Source of the DNA: an uncultured Candidatus Saccharibacteria bacterium
GTDB taxonomy: Bacteria > Patescibacteriota > Doudnabacteria > UBA920
DNA length: 64,000 nt
Direction of reading: 5' to 3'
NCBI GenBank assembly: GCA_964597895.1
Contig: CAZQZS010000003.1
Span: forward strand, 4,315-68,314
The position numbers and the translations under genes are program-made. The notes under the pieces were generated by a model that worked only from the letters and a program-made list of their open reading frames with translations, was not told the DNA's origin and did not search any database. Every line of letters starts with the position of its first letter. The first letter of the stretch is position 1. Positions 31,288-41,570 of this stretch are shown one piece after another.

Positions 31288-32377
31288 GTTCAATCTCTTC
31301 CACTTCGGTATTGGCTGGGCTTAAAGTTATATGCTGACCAACCAGTTCCAAGGGATGTGTTGTAGTAATAAAAGTTTGAAATTTACCTTGTAGGTACTTG
31401 AGCAAAAAAGTTCTGCGGGTATCGTCTAATTCACTTAATACATCATCCAATAACAGAACCGGGGAATCGCCTTCTTTTGTCAGATATTCTAACTCCAAAA
31501 TTTTCATAGCCAAAATTTGGCTGCGTTGCTCCCCACGGGAAGAAAATGAAACTAAGAATAATCCTTCGCTCTGTAAGAAGAAGTCATCACGATGTGGGCC
31601 AATCAAGCTTAAACCTGAAGCTTGTTCTCTGGATTTATTTTTTTCCAATTCCTGTCTAAATGAGCGGCTAATCTCTTCAAAAGTATCACCTGCTAATGTT
31701 TCATAAACCAATTCTACAGTGCGGTGGAACTTTGATATCCCAGTATAAACTTCCGAAAGATTTTGATTAAGAAAATTTACGTATTGTTTTCTATGCAAAA
31801 TTATCTCAGAACCATAGTTTACTAACTGCTCGTTCCAAACGTCCAACTCCGAAGCTTGTCCTCGTCCTTGTTTCAATTCTGAAAGCAGTTTATTCTTCTG
31901 AGTCATAGTCTTCTTATAATTCATCAATAAATCAAGATAGTCGGTTGATTTTTGGGATAAGACCATGTTGAAATATTTTCTCCTAGCTTCTGGGGCTTTG
32001 GTAAACAACTCTACATCAGTTGGTTCAAATATTACGACATTTAAAAACCCTTGGGCTTCCTTGCGCTTTTTTTTCACACCATCAATTTTAAAGTTAGCGA
32101 AAATTCTATCTCGTCTTTCCAAAAAAATCTCTAAAAGGTGTGATTCTCCTCCCCGCTCCAACTCAATTTTTATCTGAGAGTCTGTAGTGCTTTTAAGAAA
32201 AATAAAATCTGCATCATCCCGGAAGGATTTAAATAATGAGCCAAAATATATTGATTCAAGTAAGTTAGTTTTTCCCACCGCATTTGGTCCTGATAGTACC
32301 ACCATCTCACTGGTAATATTTAAATCAAGATCCGGGTAATTGCGAAAGTTTTTTAAGACAATTCTTTTGATATGCAT
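31283..32377 (-). CDS. recF: DNA replication and repair protein RecF
   Basis: N-terminus 'IKRIVLKNFRNY...LSGPNAVGKTNLLE' (Walker A). C-terminus 'LLLDDVLSELD'. Confidence 0.9.
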   Translation of the reverse strand: MHIKRIVLKNFRNYPDLDLNITSEMVVLSGPNAVGKTNLLESIYFGSLFKSFRDDADFIFLKSTTDSQIKIELERGGESHLLEIFLERRDRIFANFKIDGVKKKRKEAQGFLNVVIFEPTDVELFTKAPEARRKYFNMVLSQKSTDYLDLLMNYKKTMTQKNKLLSELKQGRGQASELDVWNEQLVNYGSEIILHRKQYVNFLNQNLSEVYTGISKFHRTVELVYETLAGDTFEEISRSFRQELEKNKSREQASGLSLIGPHRDDFFLQSEGLFLVSFSSRGEQRSQILAMKILELEYLTKEGDSPVLLLDDVLSELDDTRRTFLLKYLQGKFQTFITTTHPLELVGQHITLSPANTEVEEIEQ

Positions 32378-32379
32378 AA

Positions 32380-33474
32380 TTACTGCTTAATTGGCATTAC
32401 AAGATATAAATACTTATCGTTTGACTCAGGCATAAATGTCACTGGTCCATTACTGTCAATGATTTTCATGACCAATGTGTCATAACTAAGATTGGTAAGA
32501 AAATCTAGTAAGTAACGATAATTAATGATTAATTTTCCTGGTCCTCCACTAACCTTACTCAGGATTTCTACGGCACCTTGGCCAAGATCATGCGCTTCTG
32601 AAGATAATTTAACCATACTAGATTCTGAATCATATTCCAAGGTTATACTGCCACTCCCCCTGGAAAATACGCTAGTGGTCTTTAAGGCTGAGAGGAATTC
32701 TTGCCGATCAATTATAATCTGGGTATTAGAGCTATCTGGAATAATCTGTTGATAATCAGGGTATTGGCCATCAATTAATCTTGTCACAAGGTAAGTATTG
32801 TCTAAAGATAAGGACATTTGCGTTGTTGTCACGCTTATTTCAATATCCCCTTTTATACTAGTTAACAATCTAGACATCTCTTGTGCACTTCGCTGCGGAA
32901 CGATTATTTTATAATTTATTTTACCTGTATAAGACATGCCTTTTTCTGCTAGGCGATACCTATCAGTTGCGGTAATTAAGACTTGCTCCTCAGCAAACCA
33001 GAATAATATCCCAGAGATTTCAGGCTGAGTTTCACTTGAACTAGCTGCAAACAGTACTTGATCTAAAGAGGTCTTTAAAGCCTGGGCATCCATTTTAATT
33101 TTGGAGCCATCTTCAATTTTTGGTATCAATGGAAAATCATCTGTTGGTAAGTGCTTAATGGAAAGTTTTGAATGCTCAGTGATTAAGTTTGTTTCTAACT
33201 CATTACTTTCCAATGCGATATTAGTACTTGGCAGACTGTTAATTAAATCAGTAATGGTCTTTACCCCTACGCAAATTCCCCCTTCCTTCTCTACGCTACA
33301 CCTCACATAAGTGCTAATCCCAGTTTCCAAATTAGTTCCAGAAATTTTTAATAATCCATTTTCTGTTTCCAGCATGACATTATTTAAAATCGGTAAGGTA
33401 GAGCTATTACCAACCACTCGACTTACAGTCTGTAAGCCAGCCTTCAGGTTTTCTTGGGTTATTATTATTTTCAT
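32380..33474 (-). CDS. dnaN: DNA polymerase III beta subunit (sliding clamp)
   Basis: 364 aa. Contains 'LPILNNVMLE'. Sits in the canonical dnaA-dnaN-recF context. Confidence 0.9.
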   Translation of the reverse strand: MKIIITQENLKAGLQTVSRVVGNSSTLPILNNVMLETENGLLKISGTNLETGISTYVRCSVEKEGGICVGVKTITDLINSLPSTNIALESNELETNLITEHSKLSIKHLPTDDFPLIPKIEDGSKIKMDAQALKTSLDQVLFAASSSETQPEISGILFWFAEEQVLITATDRYRLAEKGMSYTGKINYKIIVPQRSAQEMSRLLTSIKGDIEISVTTTQMSLSLDNTYLVTRLIDGQYPDYQQIIPDSSNTQIIIDRQEFLSALKTTSVFSRGSGSITLEYDSESSMVKLSSEAHDLGQGAVEILSKVSGGPGKLIINYRYLLDFLTNLSYDTLVMKIIDSNGPVTFMPESNDKYLYLVMPIKQ

Positions 33475-33683
33475 ATATTTAAATACTTAGTAGTTGTAAT
33501 AAGCACTGTGGATTTGTTGGTAAGTAACAGAAAGATCTGTATTGATTGTCTAAATCTCCGGTCCCTGCTGTTTATAAGTTATTGATATTTTTATGGATAA
33601 CTGGTTAGGAATTGTTGATAAAAAATTTATACAAACCTGCATTCCATATTTATCCCTTTAATATCAACAAGGTTATTAACAGC

Positions 33684-35051
33684 TTAATTATTACTATAGA
33701 TTCTTTCAATAATCAATTCTAATTCTTTTTTAATCTGATCTTCTGATTTTACTGCTCTCTCTACTTTTTCAACCCCATGCATAACAGTAGTATGATCACG
33801 GCCACCAAAAAATTCCCCAATGGTTGGAAAAGAGCTATTTAACTCCTTTCTTACTAAATACATAGCGGCCTGCCTAGGTTTAACATACTCTTTTTTTCGT
33901 GACTGCTTTATTAAATCCTCTAGTGTTACACTGTAAAAACCCGCAACATTCTCGGCAATCTTTTTTATAGAAACACTTTTTCTTTTATTATTATTTGTAA
34001 TACTTTGAAGTAATTCCTGGACTTTTACTAAACTTAGTGGTTCGCGTCCCATATCTTGGAAAACCAAAATTTTATTTAACGCCCCTTCTAATTCCCTAAT
34101 ATTATTTACTACATTTTCTGCGATATAATTGATTATTTCGTCCTCAAAACTAGCACCCATTTTGGCAAGTTTAGTTTTTAATATCGCGATCCGAGTTTCT
34201 AGGCTTGGTGCGCCAACATCAGCAATCATCCCCCATTCAAACCTAGAAATTAAGCGCTGTTCAATTGCAGGTATATCTTTTGGTAATCTATCCGATGTTA
34301 GGATAATCTGTTTACCCTTATCCCTAAGTTCGTTAAAGGTATGAAAAAATTCTTCTTGGGTCTGTTCCTTACCAGCAATAAATTGCACATCGTCAATTAA
34401 CAGCATATCAACCTGGCGGTATTGCTTTTTAAAATCGTCTAACTTTTTTTGTTGAATAGCATTAATAAAATCGTTGGTGAATTTTTCACTCGTAGCGTAT
34501 AAAACTCTTGCTCTTGGGTTGTTAGCAAGTAATTTATTACCGACAGCATGAATTAAGTGAGTCTTACCCAAGCCAACACCGCCGTAAATAAACAAGGGGT
34601 TGTATTGAGTACCTGGATTTTTACTAACTGCTAGACTTGCGGCGTGTGCTAATTCGTTATTCTGGCCAATAATGAACGTTTCAAATGTGTATTGTCTGTT
34701 TAGAGTGGTACTAGGATTATTATTAACTGTTTTATATACGACAGTATTTTTTTCGTTGGCTTCTGATTGTTGTAGAAGGGTGCCTTGCTTTTCTACTGCG
34801 GTTTTAAGGCTACCTATGTGGTATTTTATTTCTCTAACTTCTGGAGCAATAGTCTTTAAAGATTTGAGTAAGTGGTTATGAAACTTATTTTTTATCCATT
34901 CATGGGCAAAATTACTTGGCACCCCTACCACAATATAGTCATCCCCTTTTTCTATGATTCCGGTGTTTTTAAACCAGGTAATAAAGTTGCCTTTGCTAAG
35001 GTTAATTTCCAAAGAACCTAGCATCGCTTGCCACAATTTTTGATTATCCAT
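33684..35051 (-). CDS. dnaA: Chromosomal replication initiator protein DnaA
   Basis: Contains the AAA+ Walker A GGVGLGKTHL, 'VRELEGALNKI', and the C-terminal DNA-binding 'HTTVMHG'. Confidence 0.95.
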   Translation of the reverse strand: MDNQKLWQAMLGSLEINLSKGNFITWFKNTGIIEKGDDYIVVGVPSNFAHEWIKNKFHNHLLKSLKTIAPEVREIKYHIGSLKTAVEKQGTLLQQSEANEKNTVVYKTVNNNPSTTLNRQYTFETFIIGQNNELAHAASLAVSKNPGTQYNPLFIYGGVGLGKTHLIHAVGNKLLANNPRARVLYATSEKFTNDFINAIQQKKLDDFKKQYRQVDMLLIDDVQFIAGKEQTQEEFFHTFNELRDKGKQIILTSDRLPKDIPAIEQRLISRFEWGMIADVGAPSLETRIAILKTKLAKMGASFEDEIINYIAENVVNNIRELEGALNKILVFQDMGREPLSLVKVQELLQSITNNNKRKSVSIKKIAENVAGFYSVTLEDLIKQSRKKEYVKPRQAAMYLVRKELNSSFPTIGEFFGGRDHTTVMHGVEKVERAVKSEDQIKKELELIIERIYSNN

Positions 35052-35159
35052 ATTTTAACTAATCTTTAAAAAACACAATATGTTCTATTCTACCAACCGG
35101 TTTATCAACATGTAAAACAACATATAATATCCCTTAATTAAGCCAATAATTAAATGGCT

Positions 35160-35190
35160 TGTGTAGAACCTGTGGAAAACCTGTGGGTTA
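35160..35190. promoter_or_regulatory. Three DnaA-box-like 9-mers in direct orientation at 11-bp phasing (oriC / dnaA promoter region)
   Basis: tgtgtagaa (35160-68), tgtggaaaa (35171-79) and tgtgggtta (35182-90). These are the reverse complements ttctacaca, ttttccaca and taacccaca, each 7-8 of 9 to TTATCCACA. Confidence 0.5.
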
Positions 35191-35294
35191 TTTACAGGGG
35201 GTATTTTACCTAAAACCACCTTATCTAAATCGTTGACTTATTATAAAAATTTCTTTATAATTCCTTGGTAATCAGCAAATTTTGAACTATATTT

Positions 35295-35429
35295 ATGAAA
35301 AGAACTTATCAACCAAAAACTAAAAAACGAGCCCGTGTTCACGGTTTTCGCAAGAAAATGCAGACCCGCACAGGTCGCGCGACTTTAGCTCGCCGCCGCC
35401 AAAAAGGCCGAAAAAAACTAACCGTGTAA
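35295..35429 (+). CDS. rpmH: 50S ribosomal protein L34 (not in ORF track)
   Basis: [44 protein letters not shown] (44 aa). Sits immediately upstream of rnpA. Confidence 0.9.
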   Translation: MKRTYQPKTKKRARVHGFRKKMQTRTGRATLARRRQKGRKKLTV

Positions 35430-35439
35430 AAATTTATTT

Positions 35440-35781
35440 ATGATTCCCAAAAAACACCGCCTTACCAAACAAGCTGAAGTTATTGCAACCACAGCACGGG
35501 GGCGGAGTTTTTTTAGCGGTTCTTTTGTTTTTAAAACACTTCCTGACCACAAAAACGATAAAGTTAAATTTACCGTTATTGTTTCTAACAAAATTTCTAA
35601 AAGCGCTGTAGTTCGTAATCGCCTCAAAAGACTTATCCGAGAAGCGATCAGACCTAATTTAGAGAAGATGAAAGTCGGTAAATATGCCATAATAGTAAAG
35701 CGATCAGCTATACTAGTCTCTGGTAAAGATTTATCCGCAGAAGTTAAGACCGCGCTTATTAAAAGCAAGGTGCTGTTATGA
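35440..35781 (+). CDS. rnpA: Ribonuclease P protein component
   Basis: 113 aa, basic. Contains 'RNRLKRLIREA' (RNR motif). Confidence 0.85.
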   Translation: MIPKKHRLTKQAEVIATTARGRSFFSGSFVFKTLPDHKNDKVKFTVIVSNKISKSAVVRNRLKRLIREAIRPNLEKMKVGKYAIIVKRSAILVSGKDLSAEVKTALIKSKVLL

Positions 35782-36008
35782 AATATATCCTGATCAGCTT
35801 GGTGAAGCTTTATCAAAAAATATTATCTCCCGACCATAGCTGGTTAAAACACCGTTATCCTTATGGATTTTGCAGGTTTTATCCTAGCTGTAGCGATTAT
35901 GCAATCCAAGCAATCCAAGCCTACGGTTCACTAAAAGGCACAGCTCTGACAATCAAACGAATTATTAAATGCAATCCATTTGTGAAACCACAAATAGATA
36001 AACCCTAA
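35778..36008 (+). CDS. yidD: Membrane protein insertion efficiency factor YidD
   Basis: 'CRFYPSCSDYAIQAIQAYGSLKG' is the YidD signature. Confidence 0.85.
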   Translation: MKYILISLVKLYQKILSPDHSWLKHRYPYGFCRFYPSCSDYAIQAIQAYGSLKGTALTIKRIIKCNPFVKPQIDKP

Positions 36009-36011
36009 ACT

Positions 36012-36755
36012 ATGTTTGACTTTATATTTTCTGCTTATAACGAAGCTATTTACCGGCCAATACTTAACTTAATGGTTTGGCTTTATGAAATTTCGCCTGT
36101 TGCAGACATTGGCTTGGTTATTATTGTTGTAACAATCATCATTCGGATAATTCTGGCACCTTTGATGAACAAATCTCTCAAGGGACAGAGAGCGCTTAGC
36201 GCGTTGCAACCAAAGATGAATGAGCTCCGTGAGAAATACAAAGACGACCGTGAAGCTCAAGCCAAGGCCATGCTGGATTTATATAGAGAACACAACGTAA
36301 ACCCGCTATCCTCCTGTTTACCGGTGCTACTGCAGTTGCCGATTCTGTTGGCGCTATTCCATGTATTCCGAAAAGCCTTAGGTAATAGTTTGGAAGGTTT
36401 GTATAGTTTTGTTCCAAATCCAGGAATGATTGATCCGAATTTTTTGGGAACAATTAACCTGTCTCAACCAAACTTTATCTTTGCGATCCTTGCTGGCTTA
36501 GCTCAGTACTGGCAGTCACACATGATTATTAAATGGCAGGGAAACACTAGTAATAATGACGCAACAACCAAGATGATGAATGTGCAGATGACTTATATCT
36601 TGCCGATTATTTCTGTGGTGATTGCTTGGAACCTACCCTCTGGCCTGCCGTTATACTGGATAGTCACAACTTTGTTTGCCGTTGGTCAGCAATATTACAT
36701 TCAGAAAACCTACAAACCAAAAGAAGCATTAGAATCTATAGAGCATGGAAACTGA
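36012..36755 (+). CDS. yidC: Membrane protein insertase YidC (short form)
   Basis: 247 aa. Contains 'PLMNKSLKGQ...MNELREKYKDDREAQAKAMLDLYREHNVNPL' (YidC/Oxa1 fold). Sits in the conserved rnpA-yidD-yidC-jag order. Confidence 0.85.
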   Translation: MFDFIFSAYNEAIYRPILNLMVWLYEISPVADIGLVIIVVTIIIRIILAPLMNKSLKGQRALSALQPKMNELREKYKDDREAQAKAMLDLYREHNVNPLSSCLPVLLQLPILLALFHVFRKALGNSLEGLYSFVPNPGMIDPNFLGTINLSQPNFIFAILAGLAQYWQSHMIIKWQGNTSNNDATTKMMNVQMTYILPIISVVIAWNLPSGLPLYWIVTTLFAVGQQYYIQKTYKPKEALESIEHGN

Positions 36756-37215
36756 TTATGAGGTAATTGAATATATTCAGGGTGTAATCACAACACTGCT
36801 CACAACTGCAGGGTTTCGCGCCAGAGTTCAGTATGAACACAGTATCTCAAAAGGGTTGGTGTTTAATATTTCTACGGATTCTCCAAAGCTTTTAATTGGT
36901 AAGCAAGGCGCGAATTTGCAAGCCCTTCAAACCATTGTTTTTGCAATTGTAAACAAGCATTACAGTGACAACCCAAACCCTGTACATTTTAGCTTGGACA
37001 TTGATGATTACCGAGCTCAGCGCGAGTCTTTGCTAAAGCAGGAGGTTAAGGAAGCAGTAAGTAAACTCAAGTATTCAAAAGAACCAATCGCCTTGCCAGC
37101 AATGAGCAGGTACGAAAGAAAGTTTGTACATACTTATATTCAAGAGCAGTTTCCTCATATTACAACTTCCAGTATAGGCGAAGAACCTAATCGAAAAATA
37201 GTTCTCAAAATCTAG
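36745..37215 (+). CDS. jag: Jag/KhpB R3H-domain RNA-binding protein
   Basis: 156 aa with a C-terminal R3H block (LPAMSRYERKFVHTYIQEQF). Confidence 0.8.
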   Translation: METDYEVIEYIQGVITTLLTTAGFRARVQYEHSISKGLVFNISTDSPKLLIGKQGANLQALQTIVFAIVNKHYSDNPNPVHFSLDIDDYRAQRESLLKQEVKEAVSKLKYSKEPIALPAMSRYERKFVHTYIQEQFPHITTSSIGEEPNRKIVLKI

Positions 37216-37221
37216 ACAATA

Positions 37222-37247
37222 TAAAAACCCCTATGCGGGGTTTTTAA
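37222..37247. terminator. Bidirectional terminator (jag / PBP convergent)
   Basis: aaaaacccc-tatgc-ggggttttt. Confidence 0.7.
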
Positions 37248-37257
37248 ATAACACTGA

Positions 37258-40095
37258 TTATTCCACGGACACCTGCACTCTTGAGGTGGCTTCTCCGCTG
37301 GTGCTTCTTGCGAACACTCTGTAGGTCCCTGGTGATGGCAAGTTTGTCCACTCAGCAGTGTATAGCCAGATATCTCCCTGCCTGATTTTTTCTGCCTCTC
37401 TGATTAGGGTGCCTGAGCCAGAATTTCCGGTTGAGTAGTAGAAGTTTACTGAATCGAATTCTTCACTGCTTTCCGCGACTAGATTTTCACCTGTTGTTAC
37501 AGTGTCCCCGGAGCTTGGCGTGCTTAAGGAAAGGTCTCCATCTAGGGCGTATCTGATCTTTATACTATTCGTAGCTGTTGAGCCATTGGTAAAGGTTACC
37601 CTGGCTGCCAAGGTGTGACTGCCATCAGGCAAGTTTTTATTAATCGAAGTCTCTACGGTAGTTGAGTCAGTTGTAACTGACTCCACCACACTTCCATTTA
37701 AGAGAAAGTCTACTTTTCTAACCTGCCCATCAATTGCCACACTAACGTTAAATGGTAGCTTAGCTATGGAGGCATTGCTGTTCGGAGTGATGAACGCCAC
37801 TTTGTCGCTAGTGCCGGTGTCGGGATTTTCAATACCGCTGCCAGGGGGATACTTGTACCCATTAGCTAGAGCCCAAGCAATTACAGGATCCTCCCATGAT
37901 GGCACATTAGGACGTTCGCTGTGAAGAACAGTATAGACTTCAGTGATTCGCCTCTCAGGCGGTGTTGAGTCAGTAGCAGGCAAGCCAGTCAATGAATCTA
38001 TTTCTACAGGGATATGAACATCATCATATTTAGTTGGCACGTTATAATCTGCAAAAACCTCTGAGCGGGTTTCAGGGGTATACTGGGTTGGCAGTAATCC
38101 CGAAACTGCATCAACTGATACGTTTCTAATTCCATCCGGTCTTTGGAATTCTTCTATCGGTTTGTCAGCCAGAGCATTTTTCATAAACTGATTCCAGATT
38201 GGGCCTGCGGTAACAACCGCATCCCGTCTCATTGGCGTATTGTTGTTATTACCTACCCACACTCCAGCGACTAAGGATGGAGTGAAACCGAGTGTCCAGC
38301 CATCTCGAAATTCTTGAGTGGTGCCTGTTTTGGCTGCCACCGGACGATTGCCTAACTGCAAAGGAGAATTGGAGCCAAAGACCCATGCCCGTGCAGAGTT
38401 GTCGCTCATTACGTTTACTAACTGATAGACAGCGCGCGGGTCGATCACCTGCGAGCTCTTTTCTTCATATTCTTCTAAAACTTCACCCTCTTGGCTGACT
38501 ACTTTTAAGATCACAGTTTTCTCTACCCGTTTACCGCCATTTGCCAAAACACCATATGCAGCTGTGTGGTCAACTAATTTTACGTCACACCCACCCAAAA
38601 CCAAGGATAAGCCGCAATCGCGGAAAGGCGCATCTATACCTAAATCTTTAGCTGTTTGGGTGACATTTTCTTCCCCTACTAAAGCAATTGTTTTAACAGC
38701 AGGAATATTCAAGCTGCCGGCTAAGGCCTTGCGCATAGAAACAGGGCCATTCTCTGAGAGATTAAAGTTGCGAGGAGTATAGTTGCCAAAGTTAGTCACC
38801 ACATCCATCAGCATAGAACCTGGTGCGTACTTAAAATCAGGTCCGAAAGCGGTGACATAGGCGTAGGGTTTAAAACTACTGCCTGGTTGTTGTAATGATG
38901 TTGCTACGTTTACGTTTGGTTCAAATAGACAAGTTTTGCCTGGGATACAACCTTCTGGCTGGCTTTCACCAAAGTAATCTTTACTGCCCACCATGGCCAA
39001 GATTTGACCGGTTTTAGGGTCCATAGCCACCAAGGCTGCATTGTATCCATTCGCCGCAACATTCTTTGCTGCCCCGGCAGTGACCGCTTCCTCTGCTATT
39101 TTTTGTAGATTTGGGTCTAGGGTGGTGTAAACTTTTAATCCACCTTCTTGCAAGGTTGTTTCACCATACTTCTCGGCTAGATAATTTTCTACGTACTGCA
39201 CGAAGTGAGGAGCAACAATCGCTGTCTTCACTGTCTGAAAGACTACCTGTTCGTTTAACGCAGCTTCTTTTTGTTCTGTGGTGATGTAGCCGATGTTTTC
39301 CATTTCATTTAAGATGTACCGCTGGCGAGCTTGTAAGTCATCAAAGTTTGGGCCACTGGGATTGTAATATGAAGGGGCCTGAGGCAATGCTGCAAGATAA
39401 GCACTTTCTGCTAAGGTCAGTTCGCTTGCCTTTTTGTTAAAGTAAGTTAAACTGGCAGCCTCAATGCCGTAAGCATTGCGTCCGTATGGAATTTCGTTGA
39501 GGTACATTTTGAGAATTTCGTCTTTGCTAAATCGGGCCTCAAGTTCTATGGCAATAATGATTTCTTTGAGTTTTCTTAGGAAGGATTTGTCGCGCGTTAA
39601 AATTGCATTTTTCACAAACTGCTGAGTAATCGTGCTACCGCCTTGTCGTTTTTCTAGGTGAATAATGTCTACAATGATGGCACGGGTTAATCCTGTTACC
39701 GAAATTCCTGAGTGATTATAGAAGTTGCGGTCTTCTGCAGCAATGGTGGCATTTTTTAAGTCAGGACTAATCTGGTCTAAATTTATAAGAGTACGTTTGA
39801 TTTCACCGTGCACCTCATATATCAAAGACTCATCTCGGGCGTAAATTTTTGTGCTTTCTGGAACGTCCCGCCCGAGCAGGCGATTCGGATCGGGTAAATG
39901 CCTGCTGTAGTAAATAAACATAAATGCTATTATCAAAACTCCGGCAGCTCCAATACGAAATGCCCAGGTGCCGATTTTTGGCCAAGGCAGGTTTTTAAGG
40001 AATCCTTTTGATAGTAATTTTTGGATGCGACTTTTTGGTGCTGGTTTAACCGGTCCAGCGCCGTTAGGTTTTGATTGGAAGTTATAGATTTTCAT
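37258..40095 (-). CDS. Class A penicillin-binding protein (PBP1A, transglycosylase + transpeptidase) with C-terminal beta-rich extension
   Basis: N-terminal TM segment, GT51 motifs (EDRNFYNHSGIS, GGSTITQQ), transpeptidase SSFKP and KTGT, and about 250 extra C-terminal residues. Confidence 0.9.
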   Translation of the reverse strand: MKIYNFQSKPNGAGPVKPAPKSRIQKLLSKGFLKNLPWPKIGTWAFRIGAAGVLIIAFMFIYYSRHLPDPNRLLGRDVPESTKIYARDESLIYEVHGEIKRTLINLDQISPDLKNATIAAEDRNFYNHSGISVTGLTRAIIVDIIHLEKRQGGSTITQQFVKNAILTRDKSFLRKLKEIIIAIELEARFSKDEILKMYLNEIPYGRNAYGIEAASLTYFNKKASELTLAESAYLAALPQAPSYYNPSGPNFDDLQARQRYILNEMENIGYITTEQKEAALNEQVVFQTVKTAIVAPHFVQYVENYLAEKYGETTLQEGGLKVYTTLDPNLQKIAEEAVTAGAAKNVAANGYNAALVAMDPKTGQILAMVGSKDYFGESQPEGCIPGKTCLFEPNVNVATSLQQPGSSFKPYAYVTAFGPDFKYAPGSMLMDVVTNFGNYTPRNFNLSENGPVSMRKALAGSLNIPAVKTIALVGEENVTQTAKDLGIDAPFRDCGLSLVLGGCDVKLVDHTAAYGVLANGGKRVEKTVILKVVSQEGEVLEEYEEKSSQVIDPRAVYQLVNVMSDNSARAWVFGSNSPLQLGNRPVAAKTGTTQEFRDGWTLGFTPSLVAGVWVGNNNNTPMRRDAVVTAGPIWNQFMKNALADKPIEEFQRPDGIRNVSVDAVSGLLPTQYTPETRSEVFADYNVPTKYDDVHIPVEIDSLTGLPATDSTPPERRITEVYTVLHSERPNVPSWEDPVIAWALANGYKYPPGSGIENPDTGTSDKVAFITPNSNASIAKLPFNVSVAIDGQVRKVDFLLNGSVVESVTTDSTTVETSINKNLPDGSHTLAARVTFTNGSTATNSIKIRYALDGDLSLSTPSSGDTVTTGENLVAESSEEFDSVNFYYSTGNSGSGTLIREAEKIRQGDIWLYTAEWTNLPSPGTYRVFARSTSGEATSRVQVSVE

Positions 40096-40176
40096 TACCT
40101 TTATTATACTGATTTTTTGACAAAAAACGAACTAAATCAACATTGTTTGCTCAACAAAGCCAAACATAATAATTAA

Positions 40177-40185
40177 TGGTATAAT
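40177..40185 (+). promoter_or_regulatory. Extended -10 element TGGTATAAT upstream of tyrS
   Basis: The exact 9-mer tggtataat also occurs upstream of ruvA, the ABC ATPase gene and gene 838..1875. Confidence 0.4.
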
Positions 40186-40222
40186 TCAGGTATTATTACG
40201 ATAAATTCTAAGGTTTTGTAAC

Positions 40223-41398
40223 ATGAAAAAAGACGAACAAATTCAGAGTATCCTAAAGCGCGCCGTGGCAGAAATTATTCACCAGACGAGCTTAGAGAAA
40301 AAGCTTAAGAGTAATAAAAAGCTGCGCATCAAGTTGGGCATTGATCCGACAAGTCCGAACATCCATATTGGTAGAGCTGTCGTGTTGTGGAAGCTACGCG
40401 CTTTTCAAGACTTGGGTCATAAGGTTGTCTTCATCATCGGCGACTTTACCGGACAGATTGGCGACACTTCCGATAAAGAATCAGAACGGCCAATGCTGAC
40501 CGAAAAAGAAATCAAAGCTAACCTAAAAACTTATTTAGATCAGGCGTATAAAATATTAGACAAAGGTAAGACCGAATTTCACTACAACTCCAAATGGCTT
40601 AAAAAGTTGGGATTTGCAGAAATTGGCAAGCTGGCGGATTTGTTCAGCCTACATGAGTTCTCATCTCGGGAGAATATTAAAAAGCGACTTGATGCTGGCA
40701 AGCGAGTCAGTTTGCGCGAATTAATGTATCCGTTGATGCAAGGCTACGATAGTGTGATGGTTAAGTCTGATGTTGAGCTAGGCGGCACGGATCAAAGATT
40801 TAATATGCTTGCCGGCAGAACTATCCAAGAGGCTTATGGACAGAATGTTCAAGATGTTTTGATGGTGGACTTGCTTGAAGGGACAGATGGACGCAAAATG
40901 TCTAGCTCTTGGGGTAATAGTATTAATTTGAATGACAAGCCTAATGACATGTTCGGCAAGGTGATGAGTATTGATGATAAGCTCATTAGCAAGTATTTCC
41001 TATTCGCTACCAACCTGAGTGAGCCTGAAATCAAACAGATTACTAAGGCGCAGAATCATCCGCGTGATCAGAAGTTGACCTTAGCCTACACTATCACTGA
41101 GATGTACCATGGCAATAAGCTAGCACAGGAAGCCAAAATTCAATTTGTAAATCAGTTTAGCAAAAAAGAATTACCGTCAGACCTTAAGTCAGTCTCTGTA
41201 AAATCAGGGAAATACCAAGTAGCTGATTTATTGCTCCAACTGAAATTAGTGGAGAGCAAAAGCGAAGCTCGCCGCTTGCTCAGTCAGAATGGAATCAAGA
41301 TTAACCAACAACCATATAACCAAGCTGAAATTGAGATCAAACAAAAAAACAACTTAGTCGTTCAAGTAGGAAAGAGAAAATTCGTTCGTATTAAATAA
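40223..41398 (+). CDS. tyrS: Tyrosine--tRNA ligase
   Basis: Contains HIGH-type 'PNIHIGRAV', 'GGTDQRFNM', KMSKS-type 'KMSSS', and a C-terminal S4 domain. Confidence 0.9.
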   Translation: MKKDEQIQSILKRAVAEIIHQTSLEKKLKSNKKLRIKLGIDPTSPNIHIGRAVVLWKLRAFQDLGHKVVFIIGDFTGQIGDTSDKESERPMLTEKEIKANLKTYLDQAYKILDKGKTEFHYNSKWLKKLGFAEIGKLADLFSLHEFSSRENIKKRLDAGKRVSLRELMYPLMQGYDSVMVKSDVELGGTDQRFNMLAGRTIQEAYGQNVQDVLMVDLLEGTDGRKMSSSWGNSINLNDKPNDMFGKVMSIDDKLISKYFLFATNLSEPEIKQITKAQNHPRDQKLTLAYTITEMYHGNKLAQEAKIQFVNQFSKKELPSDLKSVSVKSGKYQVADLLLQLKLVESKSEARRLLSQNGIKINQQPYNQAEIEIKQKNNLVVQVGKRKFVRIK

Positions 41399-41454
41399 TA
41401 TTTTTTTAAATTCGCAGGATTGAAAACCCTGCCTGACGGCGGGGTTAAATGTTG

Positions 41455-41545
41455 AGTGATGTGTGTTTGCCGCTCAAGCCGATGAGCTACGTTGCGCTTC
41501 GCGAAACTGGGCTCAGAGCCTTTCGCTATACAAACACACATCACT
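41455..41545. repeat. 15-bp perfect inverted repeat pair (agtgatgtgtgtttg / caaacacacatcact) flanking a ~60-nt GC-rich core
   Basis: Seen directly: arms at 41455-41469 and 41531-41545. Sits in the tyrS-downstream intergenic region. Confidence 0.5.
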
Positions 41546-41570
41546 AAAACATAGGAGAGAAAGACAATTT

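Noticed and set aside
35418-35816. ORF 35418..35816(-), 132 aa
   Set aside because: Antisense to rnpA, which lies in the conserved rpmH-rnpA-yidD-yidC-jag order.
41480-41515. Hammerhead-ribozyme-like string CCGATGAG...CGCGAAAC
   Set aside because: The conserved U4 of the CUGAUGA box is C here. Stem II and stem III pairing is poor, and no cleavage-site context (UH) is apparent.
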